From an uncultured Pseudomonadota bacterium (GTDB lineage Bacteria; Pseudomonadota; Gammaproteobacteria; Steroidobacterales; Steroidobacteraceae): a stretch of 64,000 nucleotides of DNA. Of this stretch, positions 27,808 to 37,898 are shown piece after piece. Under the pieces are notes generated by a model. The model did not search any database and was not told the DNA's origin. It saw only the letters and a list, made by a program, of their open reading frames with translations. Position 1 is the first letter of the stretch, and each line of letters starts with the position of its first letter. The stretch spans positions 36,286 through 100,285 of the forward strand of contig CAWHWV010000008.1 in assembly GCA_963833085.1 (NCBI GenBank), given 5' to 3'. Made by a program: the position numbers and the translations under genes.

Positions 27808-28098
27808 TTACACCTGTTGACCCGCCCCCAACAGACTCTCCCTGATGTCCGCGAGTTGTTTCGTGATCGCGGCGTGCTCCGCGTCGGGCAGGACGAGCTG
27901 CGCCAGCAGCTCCACCGCCCCTTGATAGGTGAGACTGGCACCATCGAGGTGCCGGCGTTTCTTGTCGCCATTTGCCAACGCCGCGGCGGCATGAAGATGC
28001 CAGCGCACGACGGTCAGTTGCGCCTTGAGATTTTCGATGGTCTTGAATTTCTCCACTGAGTGATCTCGTATATCCCAAACACACCCGTGCACACGCAC
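27808..28098 (-). CDS. hypothetical small protein
   Basis: The ORF has an unbiased composition (VEKFKTIENLKAQLTVVRWHLHAAAALANGDKKRRH...). No family recognised and the start is uncertain. Confidence 0.3.
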   Translation of the reverse strand: MRVHGCVWDIRDHSVEKFKTIENLKAQLTVVRWHLHAAAALANGDKKRRHLDGASLTYQGAVELLAQLVLPDAEHAAITKQLADIRESLLGAGQQV

Positions 28099-28199
28099 GA
28101 TCCGTGCCGCTGCGGCCCGACGAAACTGAACGAAGTGTGAACGAGTTATGTCGGCGTGGATTCCGCGGCAACTGTCGCGTCTGTGAACGGCGACGCGCG

Positions 28200-29042
28200 C
28201 TACCAGCGGTACGCAACTGAAAGGTCGAAAGAAGCCTGCGTCTTGCGCTCCACCAGCGGGCTGTTGCCGGCGCTGCCCAGGAGCTTACTCACGGAAAGAT
28301 CGGTGTTGCCGAGGAGGTGAGTCGTGAAGAAGCGCGTCGCGCTGAAACCAAACCCCGCCGACTCCAGCCCACCACGGGCGGCGTAGACCGGGTAGCCGGA
28401 ATCCAGAGACTGCAATTCACTGATGCCATAACCTGTCTGTAGGTGTTTGCGGTCGGCAATCGTCACCGATGGCCCGGCAAACATCACGAGTCGGCGCGAG
28501 CTGCCGGGAAGCGGTGTATAGACTTCGAGGTCGCCCACGAGCCCCGCGGAGCCGCCGGCGATCTTTCTGATGTCGGCACGCAAGATGATGGGCAGACGCC
28601 TCGATATCACGTAGGAGCTCGAAAGCTTGAAGAAGGGCGCCCGTGGAATGTCCCCGAGACCACGCAGCGCGCTGATGTCCCACTCTTCGCGGCGCCCAAG
28701 GTCGACACCTACGGTGAGCGAGACGCGATAGTGCTTTCCTTGCAGGAAATCGACGCCGAGCCCTTCTCCGGTAGAGAAGAAGACCCGGTCGCGGTATCTG
28801 ATGTTGATGACAGGTCCCTCGGAGGCGCGATACCGGTTCGCACCGCTATAGACAGGCTGCACGGAGGCGGCGAGCCCCAGGATTCTGTCCCACTCAGGGA
28901 CTTCCTGTTCGAACAGCCGCTCGAGCTCGATGCCGCCGGGATACTGCCACTCCTGCGTGGGAGAGGGTGTCTGAGCGCAAGCTATGCGCGCGCCGCAAGC
29001 CATGACCCCCGCGAGGAGGCACGGCGCCAGTATCTTCAGCAA
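28200..29042 (-). CDS. MipA/OmpV family outer-membrane protein
   Basis: A signal peptide, then GLAASVQPVYSGANRYRASEGPVINIRYRDRVFFSTGEGLGVDF and a C-terminal ...LSVAYRW. Confidence 0.85.
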   Translation of the reverse strand: MLKILAPCLLAGVMACGARIACAQTPSPTQEWQYPGGIELERLFEQEVPEWDRILGLAASVQPVYSGANRYRASEGPVINIRYRDRVFFSTGEGLGVDFLQGKHYRVSLTVGVDLGRREEWDISALRGLGDIPRAPFFKLSSSYVISRRLPIILRADIRKIAGGSAGLVGDLEVYTPLPGSSRRLVMFAGPSVTIADRKHLQTGYGISELQSLDSGYPVYAARGGLESAGFGFSATRFFTTHLLGNTDLSVSKLLGSAGNSPLVERKTQASFDLSVAYRW

Positions 29043-29111
29043 CAGCAGAGCTCCATGCCCCTCAACGGCAGAGCCAGGGTGCTTGTTCCCGAAGCGGAGG
29101 CTCGACCGGGA

Positions 29112-29831
29112 TCAGCCGGCGTCGTGAAAAATGACGCCCAGCGTATGTCGCCGCCCGGAGCGCACGCGGCTGACGCCGTGACGGAGGTTGACCCGGTAAT
29201 CGCCCCGCGTGCCGTGCACGGGCCGATGACGGACCGCGAACACGATGGCATCGCCTTGCGCGAGAGGCACCACCTCCGCGCGCGACTGCATCCGTGGTCG
29301 CTGCTCCGTGAGCACGAATTCCCCGCCCGTGAAGTCGCGACCCGGCTGCGAGAGAAGCACCGTCAGCTGCAGAGGGAACACCCATTCGCCATAGAGGTCC
29401 TGATGCAGGCAGTTGTAGTCCTCAGGTCCGTACTGCAGCAGCAGCGGCGTCGGCTTCACCTGTCCCGCGGCGTGACAGCGCTCGAGGAACGCCTCGAGAG
29501 TTGCCGGGTAGTGCTGCTCTGCGCCCAGGCGCCGACTCCATTCATTCGCGACGGGTGCGAGCTGCGGATAGAGCGCGGTGCGCAGGCCGGCGATGAGCGG
29601 GGGCAGGGGATAGGAGAACTACTTGTATTCCCCTTGTCCGAAGCCGTGTCGGCTCATCACGACGCGGCTGCGGAAGCGGTTGTCGTCCGCATAAAGGTCA
29701 GTCAACTCCTGGCAGACGGTTCGAGCGAGAAGGCTCGGCAACACCGCGCAGCCGCGCGCGTCCAAATGCGTAGACACTTCAGACCAATCTATGGCTGAAA
29801 TAATTTGTCTATTCATGGACTTATACGGCAT
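29112..29831 (-). pseudogene. 2OG-Fe(II) oxygenase (prolyl-4-hydroxylase-like) interrupted by an in-frame TAG
   Basis: The ORFs 29831..29619 (...SRHGFGQGEYK*) and 29459..29112 ([30 protein letters not shown]...) are in the same frame. The stretch between them translates cleanly ([20 protein letters not shown]...). The single TAG at 29619-29621 sits where I expect Tyr (GEYKYFSYP). Confidence 0.75.
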
Positions 29832-29880
29832 TCTTGAAGTATACTACCGTACCGTCGGCCGCACTCGCCATTTCCGGCTG

Positions 29881-31476
29881 CTACGATTCCTTATGGGGCA
29901 TCGGCGGCCCGGGTCGCGGAGTCGAGTACCGTATCGTGGACACGAGATGCTCCGACTGAAGGATCTTGTCCGCAGCGCTCTTGCCGACGGAGATGTACCA
30001 GTGGATCCGCTCCTCGCGAGCGTAGGGAAGCAGCGTCGCGGGGTCGACGACGATTCGAGCATCGATCGAGGCGGCGTAGTCCATGTAGCGATACTCCGGA
30101 GAGGAGCCGCCCATATCGGCTAGTAGATTGTTGACAGTCGTCTGATCGGGCGTGGCGTGAATCACGATCTCGACGCACCTCTTTTCCCCTGCACCGGTGG
30201 TACACGGCACCATGCGCGTGAAGGCGAACTCGATCCGTTGCGGAACGGCGAACAGTGGCGCGCCGGGAAGCAACAGGGGAACTGACATCTCGTACCAAAC
30301 ACCCTGCTCGAGCGTCGCACCGACCCACATTGCGGTCTGCACCTGGTGGTTCTCGGCCGTTTCCGCCTCGAGGATTCCGGGCGAGACGGCTTCGGCTGCC
30401 GTCGCCAGAGCATCTTTCGTGACGGCGGCCCCGTCATGGCCCAAGGGCTCGCCGGCGCGGATGAGCGCCGCTGTCCTGGCGGTGAGCCGAGCCGCAAAGG
30501 ACTTCGAGTCCGTGACGCCGTCGAAACCTCCTGTGGCGCTCACTTTGAAGTCCACCGCCGCCAGCGGAGCGGGTGAAAACGCGAGCTGCGGCAACTTCGT
30601 CCTTTGCTTGATCGGCCAGACTCCTGGCTCATAGGCGGTCAGGCGGTGCGCGTAGGAAACCGTCCAGCCGCCACCCTGGCCGGCAGTGATACGGCCCTCG
30701 AAAGCCGCGGCCGCCCGGCTGTAGGCAATCTGGCCGTTGCTCGAGCATACGCGGCGACGATCGAGCGTGATCCGCGCATCGGTCGGATGCCATTCAAACT
30801 TGAAGGTTGCGCGGCGCTGCGGGAAGTCGCGCATGAGGCTGGCGACCTGAGCCGACCCGGCCGGCTCACCGTGCCAGGTCAGAAGCAGCCGGCAGTTCTC
30901 GCGAGCATCCTCGCGGAAGCCGAACTCCCGGTCCATGCGCAAAGTCGTCTCGAGAGCCGCGCGCGCCGCAGCCTTATCGCCGAGCTGGCGCAGAGTGACG
31001 GCCGAGTCGAACTGCATGACGACCATCGAGTGATAGTCGAATTCGATGCGATAGAGCGTGACGGCGCGGCGCGCCGCCTCGAGGGCCGCCAACAGCTCAT
31101 CCCGACGATCCATCTTGCCGAGGCAGGCGGCTCGCGCGAGATGCTGCCGGTACTCGAGGTCGGCCAGGAGCGCCCAGCCGTCGGGAAACATGACTCGCGT
31201 CTTGGGATTAGCGGCGACGCTCCCGATCTGCTCCTGTGCGAGAGTCAGGCGATCGCCGCAAGTGGAGCCGGGGACTCCGCTCAGAAGATACCCGGCGTAA
31301 GCGAGCTGCCCATCGAGGGAGGCCGGTGATGCCGGATCGGCCCGGCTCATGCGGCTGATGGTTGCCTCAAAACTGCTCGCCGGGGATGCCTGCGCTGGCG
31401 GCCGTGATCTCAACTCCGAGCAGGAGCAGGCGAGGAAACTGGCCGCGGCGCAAAAAAGAAGGAGTCGCCTATTCAT
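29881..31476 (-). CDS. hypothetical lipoprotein (531 aa)
   Basis: MNRRLLLFCAAASFLACSC is a lipobox. The N-terminal third is helical-repeat-like. No family recognised. Confidence 0.6.
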   Translation of the reverse strand: MNRRLLLFCAAASFLACSCSELRSRPPAQASPASSFEATISRMSRADPASPASLDGQLAYAGYLLSGVPGSTCGDRLTLAQEQIGSVAANPKTRVMFPDGWALLADLEYRQHLARAACLGKMDRRDELLAALEAARRAVTLYRIEFDYHSMVVMQFDSAVTLRQLGDKAAARAALETTLRMDREFGFREDARENCRLLLTWHGEPAGSAQVASLMRDFPQRRATFKFEWHPTDARITLDRRRVCSSNGQIAYSRAAAAFEGRITAGQGGGWTVSYAHRLTAYEPGVWPIKQRTKLPQLAFSPAPLAAVDFKVSATGGFDGVTDSKSFAARLTARTAALIRAGEPLGHDGAAVTKDALATAAEAVSPGILEAETAENHQVQTAMWVGATLEQGVWYEMSVPLLLPGAPLFAVPQRIEFAFTRMVPCTTGAGEKRCVEIVIHATPDQTTVNNLLADMGGSSPEYRYMDYAASIDARIVVDPATLLPYAREERIHWYISVGKSAADKILQSEHLVSTIRYSTPRPGPPMPHKES

Positions 31477-31524
31477 CCGTCATGGACGGACATTTCGGCA
31501 TGCGAAGACACCAGGCAGTGCTCG

Positions 31525-32199
31525 TCAGCCAGCAGGCCCGAGCTGCACCTTGATCGGCGCCTCCTTGATCGGCCCCAGGCAGTGAACGGGTGTGTTATCG
31601 CCGGACGCCTCTGCGGGCACGGCCTTTAGAAAGTTGCAGTCCAGAAACCAGCCGCGGTCATATCCAAATTCCTGAGTGTTTTTGGAGTAGTACCCGCGAT
31701 GGTGCGGGTGCTTCCACGGCCCGTGCATTCGGCCCACGGTGCCCACACGGTCGACGCGCAACGCCTTGGCGGCACTGCCCGTCCGTGGTCCAAGCGACAG
31801 GGTGATCTGCCCGCCGTGCCCGCCGCGGAGCGCTGCGTCATCACGAGCCAGGCCGGCGGACTCGGAACCCACGATGCGGTAATCGCCGTGCGCGATGTAC
31901 CCGTGCTGACCCATGTAACTCCCATGGGCGACGTAACCGCCGTGAGGCATGTAGGCCGCGCGAGCGACAGAGCCTCCAAAGCCGCCGCCTCTGCCGCCGC
32001 CCCCTACGAAATGGCCGCCTCCAAAGCCGCCACCCCCGGCGTGCCCGCCACCGCCGCCACCGTGACCTCCACCACCGCCGCCTCCGGAGCCGCCGCCGCC
32101 TGAGGGAGTGGTCGTACCAGGCGTAGCGCCCGCAACGGGTGCGGCGATGAGAGCGGCAATGCCGAGGATGGCAGTGAGGGCGATCAAGCGAGTACGCAT
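31525..32199 (-). CDS. secreted Gly/His-rich protein
   Basis: A signal peptide, a long (G)n-H tract, repeated HG-Y units (PHGGYVAHGSYMGQHGYIAHGDY), then an ordinary C-terminal domain. Confidence 0.55.
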   Translation of the reverse strand: MRTRLIALTAILGIAALIAAPVAGATPGTTTPSGGGGSGGGGGGGHGGGGGGHAGGGGFGGGHFVGGGGRGGGFGGSVARAAYMPHGGYVAHGSYMGQHGYIAHGDYRIVGSESAGLARDDAALRGGHGGQITLSLGPRTGSAAKALRVDRVGTVGRMHGPWKHPHHRGYYSKNTQEFGYDRGWFLDCNFLKAVPAEASGDNTPVHCLGPIKEAPIKVQLGPAG

Positions 32200-32299
32200 G
32201 GGTCTGTCTCCGAAAGGACGACGCTGCGCGAGCTACACGCCGCCATGCTAAACCCGGGGTTGCCGGGTGTCATTAACAATTGATTAATGTTTGTTTAGC

Positions 32300-32890
32300 C
32301 TACGGCAAGGAACCCGGTACTTCGTCCCGCCGGTCATGCATGTGCTTGAAAAGGTCGCCCTTGGGGGGCTCGAAGTGGCATCGCGGAATGGGGAACGTCA
32401 GTACGATGAAGCAGTTGTCGCCCAGGTCGATGATGCCCTGCTCGAGTCGCTTGACGCGATCGATCCGCGCCTCATCCCATCCATCCCATTCGTGAGGCGG
32501 TGCTTGCTCCGCCGGCATTGCGGGAAAACCGAATCGTACTTTGGGCACGACTGCGCGCGTCAGCCCTTTTCTCACCTCCTGTTGTATCGCCCCTTCCCAG
32601 TCGAACGCTGATCGTGATGCGTGCTTTTGCGACTCGGAGGGGGTGATCGGCGGAGCCACGGGATGCTCAGCCACCAACCCAAGCTTGCGATGCTCACTGG
32701 GGTGCCGGGCAGGGGGCGCTTCGCGCTTCGGACGAGCAGCGGCCAGAATCATTGCGAAGATCGTCGGCGCGCTCGTGGCAATCCGTACGGAAGGGTGCCG
32801 TTGGCTCAGCGTCAGATAGACGGCCGCTTGCAGCAGCACTGCTGCGGCGGCAGCGATTGCTCGCTCGGAATGACGACGCCAAATGATCAT
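32300..32890 (-). CDS. hypothetical single-pass membrane protein
   Basis: 196 aa with an N-terminal TM (AIAAAAAVLLQAAVYLTL). No family recognised. Confidence 0.45.
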   Translation of the reverse strand: MIIWRRHSERAIAAAAAVLLQAAVYLTLSQRHPSVRIATSAPTIFAMILAAARPKREAPPARHPSEHRKLGLVAEHPVAPPITPSESQKHASRSAFDWEGAIQQEVRKGLTRAVVPKVRFGFPAMPAEQAPPHEWDGWDEARIDRVKRLEQGIIDLGDNCFIVLTFPIPRCHFEPPKGDLFKHMHDRRDEVPGSLP

Positions 32891-32953
32891 CGCTATCCAA
32901 AGATGGGCTTCGTCTTTGGACGGGCGGATGGGAAGGCGGTTCCGTAGCTCCTG

Positions 32954-33601
32954 CTATAGCGCCTTTCGCATTGTCAGATTCAAGCGCATTCGACGGACGG
33001 CGGGGTGGGACCCATCTGCCACTGGAGCGACTCCATGGTAGGCAAGGCGGTTCGTTCCGCCCCAGACCAATACATCACCATGCGCCAACGGCAGGCGATG
33101 CGCCCGGTCGGAGCGTTTCAAACCGCCAAACAGGAAAGTTGCCTCGAGTCCCAGCGATACCGAAACGATCGGCGCTGAAAAGTCGCGCTCATCCCGGTCC
33201 TGGTGCAGCGACATGCGCGCGCCAGGCTCATACCGGTTGATGAGACAGACGTCCGGCCGGAAGCCGCCGAATCCAGCCTCTGCCGCGGCGAGCTCCGCAA
33301 GGCGGCCAAAGGACTCCGGTAGCGGCGGCCACGGCCGCTCCGTCTCAGGATCGAGCCGATCGTAACGATAGCCCTTGCGGTCCGTGACCCAGCCGACCTC
33401 GCCGCAGTTGGTCATGGCGGCCGACATCCGTTGTCCGCCGGGTGTGAGCATGTGCCGGAAGGGTGCCGCGGTCGTGACCTGGTTGATCGCGGCCAGCAAT
33501 TCCTTCTCGTACGGCAGGGCGAAGCCTGGAAGGTAGATCAGCCCCAGCTTGGCCGCCCGATCCGCTCCGGAGGCGTCGAAAAGATCGTTGGCGAGGCTCA
33601 A
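32954..33601 (-). CDS. alkB: alpha-ketoglutarate-dependent DNA dioxygenase AlkB
   Basis: LINRYEPGARMSLHQDRDERDFSAPIVSVSLG...GDVLVWGGTNRLAYHGV. It has a TTG start that overlaps the upstream gene's stop. Confidence 0.9.
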   Translation of the reverse strand: MSLANDLFDASGADRAAKLGLIYLPGFALPYEKELLAAINQVTTAAPFRHMLTPGGQRMSAAMTNCGEVGWVTDRKGYRYDRLDPETERPWPPLPESFGRLAELAAAEAGFGGFRPDVCLINRYEPGARMSLHQDRDERDFSAPIVSVSLGLEATFLFGGLKRSDRAHRLPLAHGDVLVWGGTNRLAYHGVAPVADGSHPAVRRMRLNLTMRKAL

Positions 33602-33861
33602 TTCTGCGAGCGAACCGCGAATCCGAATTTGATCTCCGCCGGCAGCAGCCTCACCACCAGATGGACGAGGATGGGGACGAGAACAAGATCATCGAAGATC
33701 CCCACAAAAGGCAGCGCGAAATTGACCGGATCGAGCGCATAGAGGCCGAGAACCACGGCGACAGGCCACAGCCAGATCGGCCGTCGTTGATGCCGCAGCG
33801 CGAACCAGAGCAGGCGAAGGTCGCTCGCCACCAGCCGCCAGAGCCTGAACAGTCGAAACAT
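33598..33861 (-). CDS. YkvA/DUF1232 family membrane protein
   Basis: MFRLFRLWRLVASDLRLLWFALRHQRRPIWLWPVAVVLGLYALDPVNFALPFVGIFDDLVLVP. Confidence 0.8.
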   Translation of the reverse strand: MFRLFRLWRLVASDLRLLWFALRHQRRPIWLWPVAVVLGLYALDPVNFALPFVGIFDDLVLVPILVHLVVRLLPAEIKFGFAVRSQN

Positions 33862-33922
33862 GGGGGTCCCCCCGCATGTAGAGGCACCCATGATGTGACG
33901 GCGGCGCTCGCGGAATCAAGCC

Positions 33923-35737
33923 TCAGTGCACGTGCGGGTCCACCCGATAGAGATGACCACCCACTGACAGATCCTTCCAGGCCGGCACCGCGGTGGTCAC
34001 GCCTCCGCCCGAAAGCGCCTTGAGTAGCATGGGCCACGGCACCGGCATTCCGTCAGGGTTGAGCATCCCGACGTATTGCCAATGTCCTCCGCGGTTCTGA
34101 TAGACGGGCCCGCCGTTCACGGACAGAAGAACGAATTCATCGGCGCCGTCCCCCTGAAGATCGATGAAGACTCCGGCAGTCGTTTGCGCCACGTTCTCCG
34201 TTCCGACCCACGGGCGGAAGCGGTACCAGTCCGCCGCCAAGCGATGGGTCAGATCCGCATCGAGAGTGCGTCCAGCAGGATAAAGCGGCAGTCTGGCGAC
34301 AACCGCCTGGGAACTGGCCATGGGCCGGGGCTGGATCACCGCACCGGAATAGCGGGGCTTCAAGGCCTGAGCGGCGAGATCGCGGATCTGAGGTGCATCC
34401 GGAGCGCCTTGTAGGGCGCGCAGGCGTTCCAACTCCCTTCGGCCGTAATTGCCGCAGAAACGCCCGAGATAGTCGAACGGCGATTCACTCGGTAGAAACG
34501 GCGACTCATTCGGCCGACCGTGCGCCAGCGCGGTGTAGCGACCGCCCACAATCAGGGTGTATTGGCTGATTGCCGCCAGACGGTACGGTGACAGTAGCGG
34601 TGTCAGGGCGAGCCCGATGACGACAATCAGGGCGACGGCCGCGATCACGTTCACACGTGATGCCATTGAGAGCCACGGGCCCCGGCGGAATGCCGCAATC
34701 GAGTAGCCCACGGAGTAAACCAGCGCCGCGGCCGCAACAATGAAACCCCAGACTCGTCCCACGGTAAGGCCAAAATGGCTGCTGCGCACGATCAACGCAT
34801 ACAGCGCCGTGGCTGTTATAACGACGGTCAAAGGCACGGCAAACCGCAGCGTCTGCGCAATCCAGCGCGGATATGGGCGCTCCACCGTGCCGTCCCTATA
34901 GGCCGCGTTGAGGAAAAGCACGATCACGGCCACGAGCCACAGGAGCCACTCGGCGCCAATGGCGCGCCGGCCCGAAGAGACGAGACCCGGCAATTTCGTC
35001 AGCAGGGCGAACGTGAAGAGGATGAGCAACGCGCCGGCTACCGTCGCGAGCCACTTGAGCACGTTGAGGATCTGCTCGAGGACCGCGGAGACCAGCGCGT
35101 CGATCGAGCCGATCAGGTGTAGAGCGCACCCGAAGACAATCGCCGTCACGGGGTAGGCGAATATCGGTTTGTCGAACAATGTCCTGAAGAAATCCATCCC
35201 GAGCATGTGGAACAGGGACTGCCACAGGAAAAGGAGCAGCCAGAAGAGTCCGGTGAACAGTGCCGCCTCGGCCAGGGTGATGACGTCGCGCCAGGCGAAG
35301 GCGAACAACCGTTGATAATCGGGTTTCCACAGACCCGCAGCTACCCGGTTCTGAAGGAAAGGCAACGTCAGCAGCCACCAGACAAGGAGTACAAAGGCCA
35401 GAGGGAAGCACTCCCCGATTTCCGCGAAGTTCTGCGCATCGACATCAGCAACCGCACTACCGTAGTGCCAACCGAAGTAAAAGACTGCGCCGGCGAGGAG
35501 AGCGGTCAGAACCCATGCGGAGGTCCGTCCGGCGTACTCCACCATCAGTTGGACTGTGGTCGGAACCAGAAACGCCACTGCGTACAGCGAGACGATCCAG
35601 GCAAGATGCGTCGCCGGCCACCGGTGCGCCTCGATGGCCCAGTGAAGGGCGTAGAGCGACCAACCCTGAATGACCGCCGCGATCAGGATCAGAGGCAAAC
35701 CCGCCCGCCATGCGAGTGATTGCGGCATCGGTTCCAT
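33923..35737 (-). CDS. large polytopic membrane protein (DUF4153-like) with a soluble C-terminal domain
   Basis: 604 aa with about 12 TM helices, followed by a roughly 200-aa soluble tail (…GDGADEFVLLSVNGGPVYQN…). The family assignment is tentative. Confidence 0.65.
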   Translation of the reverse strand: MEPMPQSLAWRAGLPLILIAAVIQGWSLYALHWAIEAHRWPATHLAWIVSLYAVAFLVPTTVQLMVEYAGRTSAWVLTALLAGAVFYFGWHYGSAVADVDAQNFAEIGECFPLAFVLLVWWLLTLPFLQNRVAAGLWKPDYQRLFAFAWRDVITLAEAALFTGLFWLLLFLWQSLFHMLGMDFFRTLFDKPIFAYPVTAIVFGCALHLIGSIDALVSAVLEQILNVLKWLATVAGALLILFTFALLTKLPGLVSSGRRAIGAEWLLWLVAVIVLFLNAAYRDGTVERPYPRWIAQTLRFAVPLTVVITATALYALIVRSSHFGLTVGRVWGFIVAAAALVYSVGYSIAAFRRGPWLSMASRVNVIAAVALIVVIGLALTPLLSPYRLAAISQYTLIVGGRYTALAHGRPNESPFLPSESPFDYLGRFCGNYGRRELERLRALQGAPDAPQIRDLAAQALKPRYSGAVIQPRPMASSQAVVARLPLYPAGRTLDADLTHRLAADWYRFRPWVGTENVAQTTAGVFIDLQGDGADEFVLLSVNGGPVYQNRGGHWQYVGMLNPDGMPVPWPMLLKALSGGGVTTAVPAWKDLSVGGHLYRVDPHVH

Positions 35738-35802
35738 TGACAGACCCCTTGAATTTATACGTATAAAAGTATTTTATACGGATAGCAGTATAGGTCGGTG
35801 GG

Positions 35803-36174
35803 TTGCGAGTGACGACCATGCAGTTCCCGATCCTGTTTCTGAACCGGCGACTTGCGATCGGCCTGGCGGCAATCACCGTGGCAGCAGCCACTCCTACCGC
35901 TGCCCATGCGGATCCCCATCCCGCCACCACGCTCGTCTGCACCAACCCAGTGAGCCATGTGAGCTGGCAGATCCGCATCGATTTTGCCAAAAGCAGTGTG
36001 GATGCCAACCCGGCCAGCATCAGCGACGCGAAGATCTCGTGGCACGACCGGACGGATGGCGGCAACTACACGTTGGACCGCAAGTCAGGGGATCTCACCG
36101 TTGTCATCGCGTCCAGCACCGGCGGCTACTTCCTCCACGACCGGTGCGCGCTGCAGCCACTGAATGATGGTTGA
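35803..36174 (+). CDS. hypothetical secreted protein
   Basis: Has a signal peptide (…LAIGLAAITVAAATPTAAHA). It overlaps the start of the PP2C/kinase gene by 11 nt. Confidence 0.5.
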   Translation: MRVTTMQFPILFLNRRLAIGLAAITVAAATPTAAHADPHPATTLVCTNPVSHVSWQIRIDFAKSSVDANPASISDAKISWHDRTDGGNYTLDRKSGDLTVVIASSTGGYFLHDRCALQPLNDG

Positions 36175-37877
36175 GCGCGCTTCAGGCATCAAAGCGAGCG
36201 TCGGATTCTTTTCGGCCTCCGGGCCGCGTAGTGCCAACGAGGATTTCGCGGGTGCCGTATTCGGAGCGGACCTGCCGCAGCCACGTCGGGACATCGTCGC
36301 AGCCATCGCCGACGGAATTGGCAGCGCCAAGGGAGGCCGTGTCGCCGCCGAGACCGCAGTCCGAGGGTTTCTCGACGGTATCTGTGAGCTGCCCGAAACG
36401 ACCGAGGTTCGACGATCGGCAGCCCAGGTATTGAATGCGCTCGGCGCCTGGATGCACTCTCAGAGTCAGCGGGATCCGGACCTGGCGGGCATGGGGTGCA
36501 CCTTCACGGGCCTGGTATTGCGTGGTCGCATCGCACACGTGCTGCACGCCGGCGACACGCGCGCCTATCGGCTATCCGGCAGCCGCTTGAGTTGCCTCAC
36601 GACGGATCATGTCCGCGTCGACGGCAGCGGGCGGCCGTCGAGCCGCCTTTACCGCGCACTGGGTGTCGAGCCGGAGATACGCCTGGAGTACATCGCTCAG
36701 CCGATGGCGAGACACGACCGATTTCTGCTGTCCAGCGATGGCGTGCACGGATGGCTGACGGACGAGAGCATCGCCGATCATCCTGCGCGAGCGCTCCGCA
36801 CCTGCCGATACCGCCAAAGCGCTGGTCGCAGCCGCGCTCGACTCAGGCGGCACGGACAACTGTACCGCTCTGGTGCTGGATGTTTCCGAGCTCCCGACGG
36901 CCGCGTCGGCTGATATCGACGCCACCATCATGCAGCTGCCCATTGCCCCGGTGCCGATGGGCGGGGAGACGATCGACGGTTTCGCGCTCAAAGCCCTGCT
37001 GTCGGAAGGCCGGTATACGCGCCTGTTCGCCGCCACGGACGAGGTCGAAGGCGGCGATGTCGCCCTCAAATTCCCCAAGCCCAGGGTTGCGGAGGTAGAT
37101 GCCTACAGGAGGGCGTTCCTCCGCGAGGCCTGGGTGGGAACACGAGTCGAGAGCCCCTGGCTCGGCCGCATCATCGAGCTGCCGCAAGGGCGGCAGACCT
37201 GCCTCTATACGGTCATGCCGCTCTATCAAGGCGAGCTGCTCGAGACGCGAATCGCCCGCCGACCGTCACTCGGTCTGGAGGAAGGCCGTCACATCGCCAT
37301 CAAGTTGGCCCGCGCCGCGGCGGCCCTGCACCGCAGCGGCATCATCCATCGCGACATCAAGCCCGACAACGTGATTCTCGAAGGCGACGGCTCTCTGAAA
37401 CTCATCGATTTGGGCGTCGTGCGCGTGCCTGGGCTGGAGGACTCTCCAGCCGATGACGTTCCGGGTACGCGCGCGTACATGGCGCCCGAGATGCTGGCCG
37501 GTGAAGCCGGGAACGAGGTCACCGATATTTATGCCCTCGCCGTCACGATGTTTCGCGCCTTCACCGGCGAATTCCCCTATGGCAACACGGACGCCACTGC
37601 CGCACCGACCCGGACGCGGCCGCAGGAGCTCTGCGCGCTGCGGCCAGATCTGCCTTCGTGGCTCCAGGACACGCTGTCGCGAGCGATTGCGGTCGATGCC
37701 GCGCACCGCTTTCGCGACATGAGCGAATTCGCGCTGGAGATGGAGGCGGGACCGGCGCGCGCGCCGAACGCCCCGCGGCGGCCCCTGACCGCCTACGAGC
37801 GGGCGCCGCTTCTCTTCTGGAAGTGCCTGGCGGCGCTGCTTGCGTTGGCGCTGATTCTGTTATTGGTGTGGCGTTGA
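36164..37877 (+). pseudogene. bifunctional PP2C phosphatase / Ser-Thr protein kinase with a frameshift
   Basis: The PP2C part (…NEDFAGAV…AIADGIGSAKGG…LLSSDGVHGWLTDESIAD) is in the 36164 frame. From about 36775-36783 the sensible continuation (IILRERSAPADTAKALVAAALDSGGTDNCTALVLDV…) and the kinase (HRDIKPDNVIL, DLGV, GTRAYMAPE) are in the 36873 frame. 1714 nt is 3n+1. Confidence 0.8.
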
Positions 37878-37898
37878 GTATCACTCACGGAGTCAGCC

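Noticed and set aside
31980-32110. GGC/GCC-rich tandem repetition, considered as a possible non-coding repeat array.
   Set aside because: It is the coding sequence of the poly-Gly tract of the secreted protein at 31525..32199, in frame and bounded by a signal peptide and a normal C-terminal domain.
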